Below are positions 10,828 through 20,589 of a stretch of DNA of 64,000 nucleotides, piece after piece. The first letter of the stretch is position 1. Each line of letters starts with the position of its first letter. The translations under genes and the position numbers were made by a program. Under the pieces are notes generated by a model. The model ran no database searches. It worked only from the letters and a program-made list of their open reading frames with translations, and was not told where the DNA came from. This DNA comes from a bacterium (GTDB lineage: Bacteria > Margulisbacteria > Marinamargulisbacteria > JABIPA01), in the NCBI GenBank assembly GCA_018698675.1, contig JABIPA010000023.1, positions 37,409 through 101,408 on the forward strand, given 5' to 3'.

Positions 10828-12249
10828 TTACCTTTTTTCTGCGTATAAGTTTATTTTTCCGTGTTCGTTAGCAAATTTCCCTTTATTTTTAATATCCAAT
10901 GGATATTTACCAGAGAAACATGCTGAACAATAATGAGATTTATTATGCGCGGTAGTTGATCGTTTCATTCCATCAACGCTTAAGAATCCAAGACTGTCAG
11001 CCCCAACAAATTTCATGATTTCAGCAGTCGTCTTATTGGCTGCAATTAATTGCTCTCTATCAGGGGTATCGATTCCCATATGACATGGAAATTGAATTGG
11101 AGGTGATGATATTCTTAAATGAACTTCTTTCGCTCCAGCTTCCAATATGGCAGATACCCGTCTTTTGGCGGTGGTTCCTCTTACTAAAGAATCGTCTACA
11201 ACAACAACTCGTTTTCCTTTAAGAACCGCTTTAATTGGGTTGAGTTTAACTTTGACGCTGAAGTCTCGAATCGATTGTTCCGGTTGAATAAATGTTCGTC
11301 CAACGTAATGGTTTCTTGTCATTCCGATTTCGAAAGGGATACCACTTTGTTCAGCAAACCCCAATGCGGCACTGTTTCCTGAATCAGGAATAGACATAAC
11401 AAGATCCGCTTCAGCAGGATGTTCAATCGATAATTGTCGGCCCATTTCTTTTCTTACGAGATGAACAGAGTCTCCAAAAACTCGACTGTCGGGACGTGAA
11501 AAATAGACATGCTCAAAAATGCATTGAGCCGGTTGAATTACCGATTCGGAAGGTATTCTTGAACTTACAATTCCTTTTTTTGAAATAATTACTATTTCTC
11601 CAGGTTCAATTTCCCTAAGATAGGTTGCCCCAATCAAGTCGAGAGCACATGTTTCAGAGCTCACGAAATAAGAATCTCCCTTTTGCCCAAGAACGAGAGG
11701 ACGAAATCCGTGCCTGTCCCTGGCGGCTACTAAAAAGTCTTCGCCTAGCATTACTAAAGAGAATGCCCCTTCAATTTTTCCAAGAGTTTCACCTAATGCA
11801 TCTGAAAACTTGCTTTTTGAAGATCGTGATAATAAATGTAGGATAACTTCTGAATCAATACTTGTTTGAAATAATGCTCCAATTTTTTCTAGTTCTTCAA
11901 TTAAACCAAATGCGTTTGTAAGGTTGCCATTATGAGCAATTGAGATTCTGCCTTTAGATGTTTGAGAATAGAGAGGTTGGATGTTGTTGATATTTGAAGC
12001 ACCGGTCGTAGAGTATCTAACGTGACCTATAGCACTTTCACCTTTTAAATAATCAGTTTTTTCACCGTCAAATACTTTTGATACCAGTCCCATTTCTTTG
12101 ACTGCATAAAAATCAGTACCATCAAAAGAAACAATTCCAGCACTTTCTTGACCACGATGTTGTAAAGAATATAAACCTAAATAACATAAGTGAGAAGCGT
12201 TTTCATGACCAAAAGCTCCAAATACGCCACATTCATCTTTAAGTCCCAT
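10828..12249 (-). CDS. purF: Amidophosphoribosyltransferase
   Basis: N-terminal ECGVFG, LQHRGQESAG, GHVRYSTTG, CIFEHVYFSRPDS, PRPP site VVDDSLVRGTT, Fe-S CSAC. Confidence 0.98.
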   Translation of the reverse strand: MGLKDECGVFGAFGHENASHLCYLGLYSLQHRGQESAGIVSFDGTDFYAVKEMGLVSKVFDGEKTDYLKGESAIGHVRYSTTGASNINNIQPLYSQTSKGRISIAHNGNLTNAFGLIEELEKIGALFQTSIDSEVILHLLSRSSKSKFSDALGETLGKIEGAFSLVMLGEDFLVAARDRHGFRPLVLGQKGDSYFVSSETCALDLIGATYLREIEPGEIVIISKKGIVSSRIPSESVIQPAQCIFEHVYFSRPDSRVFGDSVHLVRKEMGRQLSIEHPAEADLVMSIPDSGNSAALGFAEQSGIPFEIGMTRNHYVGRTFIQPEQSIRDFSVKVKLNPIKAVLKGKRVVVVDDSLVRGTTAKRRVSAILEAGAKEVHLRISSPPIQFPCHMGIDTPDREQLIAANKTTAEIMKFVGADSLGFLSVDGMKRSTTAHNKSHYCSACFSGKYPLDIKNKGKFANEHGKINLYAEKR

Positions 12250-13401
12250 TTAATTCACCTTCATCATATTAATAAATTCGTAAAATAGATAATGAGAATC
12301 ATGAGGGCCAGGAGCTGATTCTGGATGGTATTGAATTCCAAGAAGGGGGTATTTTTTATGTCTAATTCCCTCTAAAGAACCGTCGTTTAAATTAATGTGT
12401 GAAAGGTCTATTTCTCTAGGATCGAGACTTGTTTTATCGATGCAAAATCCATGATTTTGAGACGTTATTTCAACTTTACCAGTTTTCATGTCTTTAACTG
12501 GATGGTTAATTCCATGATGACCAAAATCAAGTTTGTAAGATTTTCCTCCAAGTGCAAGGCAAAGTAATTGATGTCCTAAACAAATTCCAAAGATAGGAAG
12601 CTTACCTATGATGTCTTTCAAAACTTGAATTAAATCATGTAGAGGTTCTGGATCTCCAGGACCATTTGAAATAAATACACCGTCGAAGTTTCCTGCCAAC
12701 AACTCTTTTGAAGAAACAGAAAGTGGAAAAACGGTACATTTACAACCTAAATGCTCAAGTTGCCTTAAAATATTCCACTTAATTCCACAGTCAATAACCG
12801 CAATGTTATATGTACCTTTGTCTTCAGAATTGAGATCAATTTTTTTATCTTCTTCATCAAGATATAAAGAGTTTGGAGAATACGTATTTGTTGACCATGT
12901 GTACGTTTTTTCAGTAGTAACTGTTTTTGCAAGGTTTTGACCGAGCATATCTGGGGATAATTTAATTTTTGATAATATTTGGTCTAACGTATCTTCAGAA
13001 GTTGTTAATATTGCTTTTTGAGCGCCTGTTTTACGGACATGTTTTGTAATTGCTCGCGTGTCAAAATCATCTGCGCCAAAAATATTATGTTCGTCTAAAA
13101 AAGTTTTTAAGCTTTTTTCACTTCTCCAATTACTTGGGAAATCACAGTATTCACGGATAATTAGTCCGTTAAGGTGTATTTTATTAGATTCATTGTCTTG
13201 GGAATTGATTCCATAGTTACCAATAAGAGGATATGTCATAAGAACAAGTTGCCCTGAATACGAAGGATCTGTGAGAATTTCTTGATAACCTGACATACCA
13301 GTATTAAAAACAACTTCTCCAAAACAGTCTGCAGACGAAGTCGTGAAAACACGTCCTTCAAAAACTCGACCATCAGCAAATATTAATCTTACTTTTTTCA
13401 T
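12250..13401 (-). CDS. carA: Carbamoyl-phosphate synthase small subunit (start more likely ATG 13401, MKKVRL, than 13464)
   Basis: GEVVFNTGMSGYQEILTDPSY, SNGPGDP, GICLGHQ, TSQNHGF, QYHPE. Confidence 0.97.
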   Translation of the reverse strand: MKKVRLIFADGRVFEGRVFTTSSADCFGEVVFNTGMSGYQEILTDPSYSGQLVLMTYPLIGNYGINSQDNESNKIHLNGLIIREYCDFPSNWRSEKSLKTFLDEHNIFGADDFDTRAITKHVRKTGAQKAILTTSEDTLDQILSKIKLSPDMLGQNLAKTVTTEKTYTWSTNTYSPNSLYLDEEDKKIDLNSEDKGTYNIAVIDCGIKWNILRQLEHLGCKCTVFPLSVSSKELLAGNFDGVFISNGPGDPEPLHDLIQVLKDIIGKLPIFGICLGHQLLCLALGGKSYKLDFGHHGINHPVKDMKTGKVEITSQNHGFCIDKTSLDPREIDLSHINLNDGSLEGIRHKKYPLLGIQYHPESAPGPHDSHYLFYEFINMMKVN

Positions 13402-13635
13402 TATTGTTCCGGTTTCAGATTTTAGCAAAACCAATCCTAATATGAAAGGGGTTTTTACCATCACCTGGGTTCAAATAATTGTTTTCCTCCAAATGTCAGA
13501 AAAATATTGCCCTAGCGATTTTCGGTCATTTTACGAAGATAACTTTTTAGATTGTCTAAAGAATCCTGTAACAAAGGACAAAATATTTTTTTTTAACGTT
13601 TATTTCAATTTCCAAGAGGGAATACTAAATACAAG

Positions 13636-14538
13636 ATGACGGCAAAAAGGGGAAAAAAGAATATTGTGATAAAGTTCGTAATTTTTCTGTTGGCGATGAC
13701 TACGTTAAGCTTGGGGCAGCGGTTTGAAGACTTGGCACTTATAAAAGGCTTTGGACTTGGAAATGCATTAACTGCTGAAAATTCTGTGGATGCTATGTTT
13801 AAAAATCCCTCTGCACCCAACTCCATAAATTCTTCCGTTTTTCAAACCAATTTTTCATCCTATTATGATTCAGATATTCAGATTCTTTCTTTTCTTTATT
13901 CTTCTAAACTTACAGAAAGTCTTGTTCTTTCGGTTGGTGTCCCAATTAAAAAAATTAGTGGTATTAAAGAAACAGTCGAATTAAATGGCAGAGCCCATGA
14001 AATAGGGAGTTTTCAGGATTTTCACATTCTAGGTTTAACTGCTCTAACATATTCGATTGATGCTCTTTCATTCGGGGTTTCAGCTTATATTAATCATCGA
14101 ACTATAGGCGACAATTCGGGAAACTCTTTTGGGTTTGACATTGGATTTCAGGCAGAAGTTAATAACTTGATCCTTGGTGCGTCAATACAAAACATAAATA
14201 AACCAAGCATCGGGTGGTCAACCGGTCTATCAGAAGATGTATCACCTATAGTGAATGGAGGATTCAACCTTACTTTATCTGAAAAAATATCTATTTTATT
14301 TGATGGAGAATGGGAACTTGAGACAATTGAATCTCAAAACTTTAGATTTAATTCATCAGTGTCTTATTTACTCGGCCCTGAAATTGAAGCTACGTTGGGG
14401 ATAAGACATATGTTTTCCAATCGTAATTTACGGTTCGGACTTTCAACCGATTTAGAACCAATAAAACTTTCATATGTATTCTCAAATCACGAATCTCTCG
14501 GGGTTATTCATAAAATAGGAGTTTCAATTGAATATTAA
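13636..14538 (+). CDS. Outer-membrane beta-barrel protein, PorV/PorQ-like
   Basis: Signal peptide, G(L/M)GNA...A..KNP N-terminal motif, alternating amphipathic strands (FGFDIGFQ, LGASIQNI), C-terminal LGVIHKIGVSIEY ending in an aromatic residue. Confidence 0.65.
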   Translation: MTAKRGKKNIVIKFVIFLLAMTTLSLGQRFEDLALIKGFGLGNALTAENSVDAMFKNPSAPNSINSSVFQTNFSSYYDSDIQILSFLYSSKLTESLVLSVGVPIKKISGIKETVELNGRAHEIGSFQDFHILGLTALTYSIDALSFGVSAYINHRTIGDNSGNSFGFDIGFQAEVNNLILGASIQNINKPSIGWSTGLSEDVSPIVNGGFNLTLSEKISILFDGEWELETIESQNFRFNSSVSYLLGPEIEATLGIRHMFSNRNLRFGLSTDLEPIKLSYVFSNHESLGVIHKIGVSIEY

Positions 14539-16279
14539 AAAAGTATATGTTGTCATGGTTTTTTTATTTGCTTTTTGTGTATGTTTGAAAGCACAAATTT
14601 TGGAACTAGATAAAAAAGAATCTGTAGTTGTTAAATTCAAAGAAGAAAAAATAGGAAATAAAATTATTTTGGATCACGCATTACAAAGTGTGATGGTCAC
14701 AAAAATCAGGAGTTCAAGAGTTGTCTCATCTAAGGAAGAGTCTTCTGGAGATATTTCTAAAAATGATAAAAATAGCGATTATCATTCAGTAGACTTATTT
14801 AAAAAAGAGTCAGAGATTACTACTCAATCAGGAGGAAATAGGTATTTTCTTATTGAAATCGATTCAGAAAAACTATCGGAAATACTGAATATATTAAATA
14901 AAAATGACTCAGTCGAATATGCAGAACATAACCAAATAATTTCTATTCCTAAAGATATTAAAAATAATGATGTAGATAGAAACTCAATTTTACTTAATAG
15001 TAGTTTCGAAGCGCAATCAAGTGATCCTGGTTTTTCGAATCAATACTATTATACGGGCTTAAACATCCCAGGAGTGATGGAGCATGTTGGAGAAGATGAA
15101 ATATTGATTGCCATCGTTGATTCAGGAATAGATATTTACCATGAAGATTTGCAAGGTAAAATAGCCGTCAATGATAACGAAGTATTAAATGGTATTGATG
15201 ACGATTTTAACGGGGTTGTTGACGATATTTATGGATATAGTTTTCATGGTTTTTTTGAAGGTGGTGGGTCAAATATTATAACGGATGGATTTGGACACGG
15301 GACACATATTTCAGGAATTATTGCTTCAGAGGCTGAAAATGGTCTTGGTATAAAAGGAATAAACCCTAATGTAAAATTACTTGCCGTTCCATTTTTAAAC
15401 GGATTTGGGTTTGGAACTCAAGTCGATGCAGCCCGAGCCATTCAATATTCCGTAGACAGAGGCGCTAAAATCATAAATTGCAGCTGGGGATATACATCTG
15501 ATTCATCCTTAATGAAAGAAGCCTTTGAGTATGCATTTGATAGAGGAGTCATTGTTATTGCAGCGGTAGGGAATGGGTCGAGTACCCGGCAAGAGTATCC
15601 AGCCGCATATGCCGAAACTATTTGTGTTGGATCGATTAATAGTGACGGAGAGAGATCTTCATTTTCAAGTTATGGCGATCATTTAGATTTTTTAACGTAT
15701 GGTGAAAATATATACAGTCTTCTTCCAAACGATAATTATGCTTATAAGTCGGGATCTTCGCAAAGTACGGCCATTGTTACGGGGCTTGTTTCGGGGTTGA
15801 TGTCTAAATATCCAGAATTGTCTCAGGAGGAAGTTGTAGATCTTCTAAAACGGTCCTCTGTTAATCCCGAAGGTTCTATAAAAACGGAAGGTTATGGATA
15901 TGGTGCTTTGAGCCCTAATCTATTGGCTGCTACTTTTAAGTCGTATTCTGCTGACCATCCGCTTTCTTCTGGGGAGGGTGAAGATTCAAATATTCTTAGT
16001 TTGGTAGCAAATTTTCCTAACCCCGTTCGGAATGCGGGAACAAGCTTTGGGTTTCAATCTTCTGAAGATGGAGATGTCGAAATTGTTATCTATGACTTAT
16101 TTGGAAACGAATTAACGTCTTTAGCGTCTAGTGTAATACAGGGGTACAACACAATACCTTGGGAAGGGACAAATTTTTCGGGTCAGTCCCTTCCCAATGG
16201 TACTTATTTTTATGTGGTTAAAGTTTCGTCTTCAATTGGACAAACCGTTGTTAAAGACAAACTTAGTATTATTCGGTGA
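14528..16279 (+). CDS. Secreted subtilisin-like S8 serine protease with C-terminal T9SS-type/FlgD-Ig sorting domain
   Basis: IAIVDSG (Asp), GHGTHISG (His), AAVGN (oxyanion Asn), SGSSQST (Ser); NGIDDDFNGVVDD Ca-loop; CTD NFPNP...IYDLFG...WEG...LPNGTYFY. Confidence 0.9.
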   Translation: MNIKKVYVVMVFLFAFCVCLKAQILELDKKESVVVKFKEEKIGNKIILDHALQSVMVTKIRSSRVVSSKEESSGDISKNDKNSDYHSVDLFKKESEITTQSGGNRYFLIEIDSEKLSEILNILNKNDSVEYAEHNQIISIPKDIKNNDVDRNSILLNSSFEAQSSDPGFSNQYYYTGLNIPGVMEHVGEDEILIAIVDSGIDIYHEDLQGKIAVNDNEVLNGIDDDFNGVVDDIYGYSFHGFFEGGGSNIITDGFGHGTHISGIIASEAENGLGIKGINPNVKLLAVPFLNGFGFGTQVDAARAIQYSVDRGAKIINCSWGYTSDSSLMKEAFEYAFDRGVIVIAAVGNGSSTRQEYPAAYAETICVGSINSDGERSSFSSYGDHLDFLTYGENIYSLLPNDNYAYKSGSSQSTAIVTGLVSGLMSKYPELSQEEVVDLLKRSSVNPEGSIKTEGYGYGALSPNLLAATFKSYSADHPLSSGEGEDSNILSLVANFPNPVRNAGTSFGFQSSEDGDVEIVIYDLFGNELTSLASSVIQGYNTIPWEGTNFSGQSLPNGTYFYVVKVSSSIGQTVVKDKLSIIR

Positions 16280-16283
16280 CCTG

Positions 16284-19277
16284 TTATACGGCATCACCCG
16301 CTTTTACTTCTTTATTATAGTCTTCAATTATTTTATGAAAAGCCACATGATGAGGTACTGCAATGCCGTAGCGTTTAGCAAGGATTAAAGGCTCAATTAA
16401 AATATTTTCAATGGGTTTTAACTCAGAATAATTTTCCAAAGTTGTAGACACGTGATCTGTTTGAATATATGTTCTTACAGAACGTTTGATTTCCTCCAAA
16501 TCAGGAAGATTGTCGGCGCGATCTCCAAGGTGACTAACCGCGATTGCATAGGATTCTTCGGTAAGAAGGTCTGTTACATTGAGAGCATCCTTATCTTCTA
16601 AAACGTCTCCGTACGTTACTTTTTTGTCTACAATGCTTTCTCTTAGAGCAATAGAGAGTGACCCAATATTACCCATGTTTTTAAAATATTTTATCCATTG
16701 CTTTATCTCGATATTGTCGACAACTTCACACCCTTTAAACCCTGCACTTTCGTTAAGGAAGCTAGAAAGGTAAGTTAAATATGTTTTTAATGTTCCCGAA
16801 ACACTTTCTTTACCTTCTTGGACTACGCCAAATTCCCAAGATATTTCTTTTGGAATTAAAATCGGTTTGTTTTTAAAATTATGCGTTGACTGACCGAACT
16901 CCTCCTGTTCAATCGATTCTTGAATCGTGACTTCACGTTCTGGTGTTTTTTCTTTTCCATATTTAACTTGAACAGAAATTATGACTCTAGCGATTGGGTT
17001 ATGAGGAAAGGCCTCTCGAATTTTTTCTTCAGGATCAATGCCATTTTGGAATAGGACAATTTTCTTTGTCTTATCTCCTTTAATAGCTGAACGAATATTA
17101 CTAATTGTTCGTTCAAGGTCGTCAACTTGAGTCGATACAAAGATTATGTCAGGGGAGGTAGAAATGGTGTCCAATCCAAAGGAAATCGTTTCTATCGAAG
17201 GAGCAACTAGTGCCTTTTGGCTCTCAAAACTTGAAGCGTGACGCGTAACTAGTGTCGTTCTGTTTTCATTTAACGCACTAGATAGTCTTTCGGTTAAAAG
17301 CTTTCCAATGATTCCTCCGCCAAGAACTAATGTATTTTGATCTTTGATTTTTGGGTAAGCAATTCCGTATCTTATCCAGTTTTGGAATACATTCATTCCT
17401 TCGGATATGGAAGATTTAGAAATTCCTGAAAATGCAAACCTAATAAAACGGTCTTTGTTTCCTGGCTGAGGCACGCCAAAATGGTCTTCTGTAGCAGCTC
17501 CAATACCGACTTCCTCTAAAGCTTCGCTTCTGAATTTTTCGACAGTCTCGTAATCAAGCGCATTTAATAACTGACTAAAATTTGCCCAGACATAAAAACC
17601 AGATTTAGGTTTTACGTGAGTGACTCCTGGAATATCGTTAAGACTGTTGGACAATGTATCCAATCGGTCTAACAAGACTGCAAGGCCTGCTTTAAGGTGT
17701 CCATTTCCTGCTTTAATAGATGATAACCATCCCCATTGACCGGGTTGATTCGCACAACCTTCATGATGAATAATATATTTATCTATTTTTTCGATTAATT
17801 CTTTAGGTCCTGCGACCGAACCGACCCTAACTCCCGTAGCAAACTCTTCTTTACTTGCTGATAGTAATAGAAGCGTTCTTTCCTTCATTCCAGGTTCGCT
17901 TACGATTGAGTACGAAGATTCATCGTCATATCTGATATTGAAATAGACTTCATCTGATAAGGCGATTGCATTGTATTTAACAGATAATTTAGCAAGCGCT
18001 ACAATGTCTTCTTTTGGTAATTGGATACCGGTAGGATTATTATTATCATTTAAATAATAAAGAGGATGTTTTTGAAGTTTAGATAGTTTTTTCTCTACGA
18101 AGAAAAGTTTAAGTTTCGTAGTCTCTAAATCTAGTTTCAAAGTAAGTGTTTCTTTTGCTTTTCGATACTCGTTCGAAGAATCTGAGCCAGAGCTATTTTC
18201 CAAGTCACCTAATTCTCTATTAATAGAATCAATTTCCATAAGATAAGAATAAGAGGGTAGTTGTGGATTTTCTTTTATTTGTTCTATTACTTCCGGAGAT
18301 AAAACGGTTGCATCAAAATGTCTACAATCATCAAAGATTTGGTCAAGAACATATGATTCCCTTTTGATAGACGGAGAACTATCGCTTTCGAGGTCTGCAA
18401 TTTCTGATTCTCGTTGACTAATAGTTGCTTGTAAAGAGCCTATCTCTCTCAATAGGGTAGGCGATTTTAATTTATAATTATCGTCTATTTTTTTAAATTC
18501 GTTCTCAAATTGTTCCAGATTAAGTCTATAGTTTCCATCGATGAGGTCATATCCATAATAAATGGGTATGCCTTCGTTGGATTGAACGGCACAGTTATAG
18601 ATAGGGTATCCTGGGTTGGGAAGCATCATCCTGTATCCAGGGTTACATAAAATTGCGGCAAAATAGTCTAGAGCGGGTTTTCCTCCACCAATAATTGATA
18701 TTTCTGAAGGTAAGTATTCGACATTTCTTTCATATTTAATTTTTTCGGCAAGTGCTTCTCTAAGTTCAAGAACACCTTTTACATTAGGGTATGTTGTAGA
18801 ACCAATAGTCAGTGGTTTTTCCATTCCATTCGTAAATGGTCGGTAACTATTCCCTTTTACTTTTACGGTAATATCATGAATTAAGTGCTCCATAGTAGGG
18901 TTTTCTTTGCTTAGGTCTTTTAGCAACTGAATTTCTTTTAAGATGGCATCAGTGTCAGGATATTCATTTTGTCCATTGTTTGCAGCATTTGTTATTCCCT
19001 CTGCAAAAGCCGGTGATAGTGTAAGTTCTTTATCGACGTCGCCGACATGAAAAGGAAATATTTTGTAAATAAATTTAAATGGGCCAACTGTTTTTTCGAT
19101 GGATGCGCCTTTAATTTCTGATGCAATTTCTTTGCACCGAGTAGCGATGCCAAATGCTTGCTCTCCTTTTCCTTTTCGTTTAGACCTTTCTGAAAGAGTA
19201 ATAGGAGACGATATTTGATCGATTGGCACCTGGTCTATTGATGTTGAGAGAATTTTTTTTAGGGTGGATAATTTCAT
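16284..19277 (-). CDS. Fusion protein: class I/II PLP aminotransferase (with two insertions) plus C-terminal ketopantoate reductase (PanE/ApbA)-like domain
   Basis: Aminotransferase: GVLELREALA, PNPGYPIY, NNPTG, SDEVY, SASK (PLP Lys), GVRVG, FIRFAF. Reductase: VLGGGIIG, VLFQNG, QWIKYFKN, LAKRYGIAVP. Confidence 0.8.
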   Translation of the reverse strand: MKLSTLKKILSTSIDQVPIDQISSPITLSERSKRKGKGEQAFGIATRCKEIASEIKGASIEKTVGPFKFIYKIFPFHVGDVDKELTLSPAFAEGITNAANNGQNEYPDTDAILKEIQLLKDLSKENPTMEHLIHDITVKVKGNSYRPFTNGMEKPLTIGSTTYPNVKGVLELREALAEKIKYERNVEYLPSEISIIGGGKPALDYFAAILCNPGYRMMLPNPGYPIYNCAVQSNEGIPIYYGYDLIDGNYRLNLEQFENEFKKIDDNYKLKSPTLLREIGSLQATISQRESEIADLESDSSPSIKRESYVLDQIFDDCRHFDATVLSPEVIEQIKENPQLPSYSYLMEIDSINRELGDLENSSGSDSSNEYRKAKETLTLKLDLETTKLKLFFVEKKLSKLQKHPLYYLNDNNNPTGIQLPKEDIVALAKLSVKYNAIALSDEVYFNIRYDDESSYSIVSEPGMKERTLLLLSASKEEFATGVRVGSVAGPKELIEKIDKYIIHHEGCANQPGQWGWLSSIKAGNGHLKAGLAVLLDRLDTLSNSLNDIPGVTHVKPKSGFYVWANFSQLLNALDYETVEKFRSEALEEVGIGAATEDHFGVPQPGNKDRFIRFAFSGISKSSISEGMNVFQNWIRYGIAYPKIKDQNTLVLGGGIIGKLLTERLSSALNENRTTLVTRHASSFESQKALVAPSIETISFGLDTISTSPDIIFVSTQVDDLERTISNIRSAIKGDKTKKIVLFQNGIDPEEKIREAFPHNPIARVIISVQVKYGKEKTPEREVTIQESIEQEEFGQSTHNFKNKPILIPKEISWEFGVVQEGKESVSGTLKTYLTYLSSFLNESAGFKGCEVVDNIEIKQWIKYFKNMGNIGSLSIALRESIVDKKVTYGDVLEDKDALNVTDLLTEESYAIAVSHLGDRADNLPDLEEIKRSVRTYIQTDHVSTTLENYSELKPIENILIEPLILAKRYGIAVPHHVAFHKIIEDYNKEVKAGDAV

Positions 19278-19428
19278 GATAAAACTCCTAGTTTTTTTAG
19301 GGTCTTTAAGATATTAAAAATTTTATAGAAGAACCAATAAATGAAGCATTCGTATAAAACATTAAATAAAAACTATTTTTTCGATTTTTCTTAAGGGCCT
19401 GTTTATACAAATAGTAAATTAAATATAT

Positions 19429-19998
19429 TTAATCAAGTGGAATTGTTGCGGAAAAATTTGTGGCAGCTTCTAACTTATTCATTTCTAAAGTTATTGAAGT
19501 TGTTATACCGTTGAGAATATCAAATTCATCGCTTTCACCATCCCATGTCATGACTCCGTCCGAATCATATATAAAAACATATGCGACCCAAGTTCCAACT
19601 ACCATTTCATCTACTGTTTTTGAAATTTCTGCATTGGTCTCGTTGAGAGTTACATCCATTTCATAGTTTTGATATATGTCTATGTCTCCAATGCGTTGAA
19701 GCAATAAAATAGCAGAATCAACAATTACTGTTTCTGTTGAAAAATTGCGCGGAGACTTAAATGAATTTGAAACAACTTTCTTCGATGTATTGTAAGTGAC
19801 GTTAATATCTACATTGCCGTAGGATGCTGTATTCGAAATTATGTCATCTGGTGATATGTATTTTACGATCACTTTTGTGCAGCCAGATAAAAATGCAATG
19901 CCTAAGCAAAGTAGAATATTTATTAACGGAAGATAAATGTTTTTAAAACGACTGTTTAAATGTAAAAATCCTTCGTTTTTCTCTTTTATAGTAGACAT
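19429..19998 (-). CDS. Putative lipoprotein, unknown function
   Basis: Hydrophobic signal with lipobox FLSGC; beta-rich mature domain; paralogous to 20032..20589. Confidence 0.7.
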   Translation of the reverse strand: MSTIKEKNEGFLHLNSRFKNIYLPLINILLCLGIAFLSGCTKVIVKYISPDDIISNTASYGNVDINVTYNTSKKVVSNSFKSPRNFSTETVIVDSAILLLQRIGDIDIYQNYEMDVTLNETNAEISKTVDEMVVGTWVAYVFIYDSDGVMTWDGESDEFDILNGITTSITLEMNKLEAATNFSATIPLD

Positions 19999-20031
19999 CC
20001 TGTTCTAGTGGTTTAAATTTTTAATAAAAGT

Positions 20032-20589
20032 TTATTGTAAAATAAGCCAAACATAGTCATTAGACGAAGTTTCACCAGGAACTTCTGTCGAAACATCTAC
20101 TGTTCCGGAAAGCCTTGATAAGGTTAGTTCAATTTCAGTTGTTGTGTCAGATTCAATTGTAAATCCAGCCACAGACGTTGTGCCAGATGCTCCGCTCCAT
20201 ACTTCTACATCGTCTGCATCATAAAGTTTAATGGCAGCCGACCAACTACCAACTAAAAGACTGGTGTAGTTTCCTGTTGCGGTTGTTGAACCTGTCGACG
20301 TATTTGTACTTACAGATAAATCTTCTACATTTAAAACACCTGTGTCTCCTATTCTGTAAAGTTGGATCTCACCTCTAGATATAATTGAAAGAGTAGATGT
20401 TGCTGCTGTAGAAAATGAAGAATCGTTTTGAGAAATAAAGTCTGATGTTCTAGCCCTGATCGAAAGCTCGCCTGTTTGAAGAGATGATGTCGGTTGTGTG
20501 TTGTTTCATAAATTAAATCCGCCACAGCCGGTCATAAGAAATAATATAGGAATTAATATAGTTCCGATTATATATTGTTTTTTTATCAT
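20032..20589 (-). pseudogene. Lipoprotein paralog interrupted by an in-frame TGA at codon 28 (20506-20508)
   Basis: Hand translation MIKKQYIIGTILIPILFLMTGCGGFNL*NNTQPTSSLQTGELS...LYRIGD...LVGSWSAAIKLYDADDVEVWSG...VWLILQ*; lipobox MTGC; aligns with 19429..19998. Confidence 0.75.

Noticed and set aside
18070-18490. Intein within the aminotransferase
   Set aside because: No N-terminal Cys/Ser block A, no C-terminal His-Asn and no LAGLIDADG motifs; the insert looks coiled-coil.
20506-20508. Genome-wide UGA recoding (code 4/25) or selenocysteine to explain the in-frame TGA
   Set aside because: TGA is a genuine stop elsewhere (7833-7835, 16277-16279, imuB end) and Trp is encoded by TGG in conserved genes. 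The position is not a redox Cys site, and no convincing SECIS hairpin follows.
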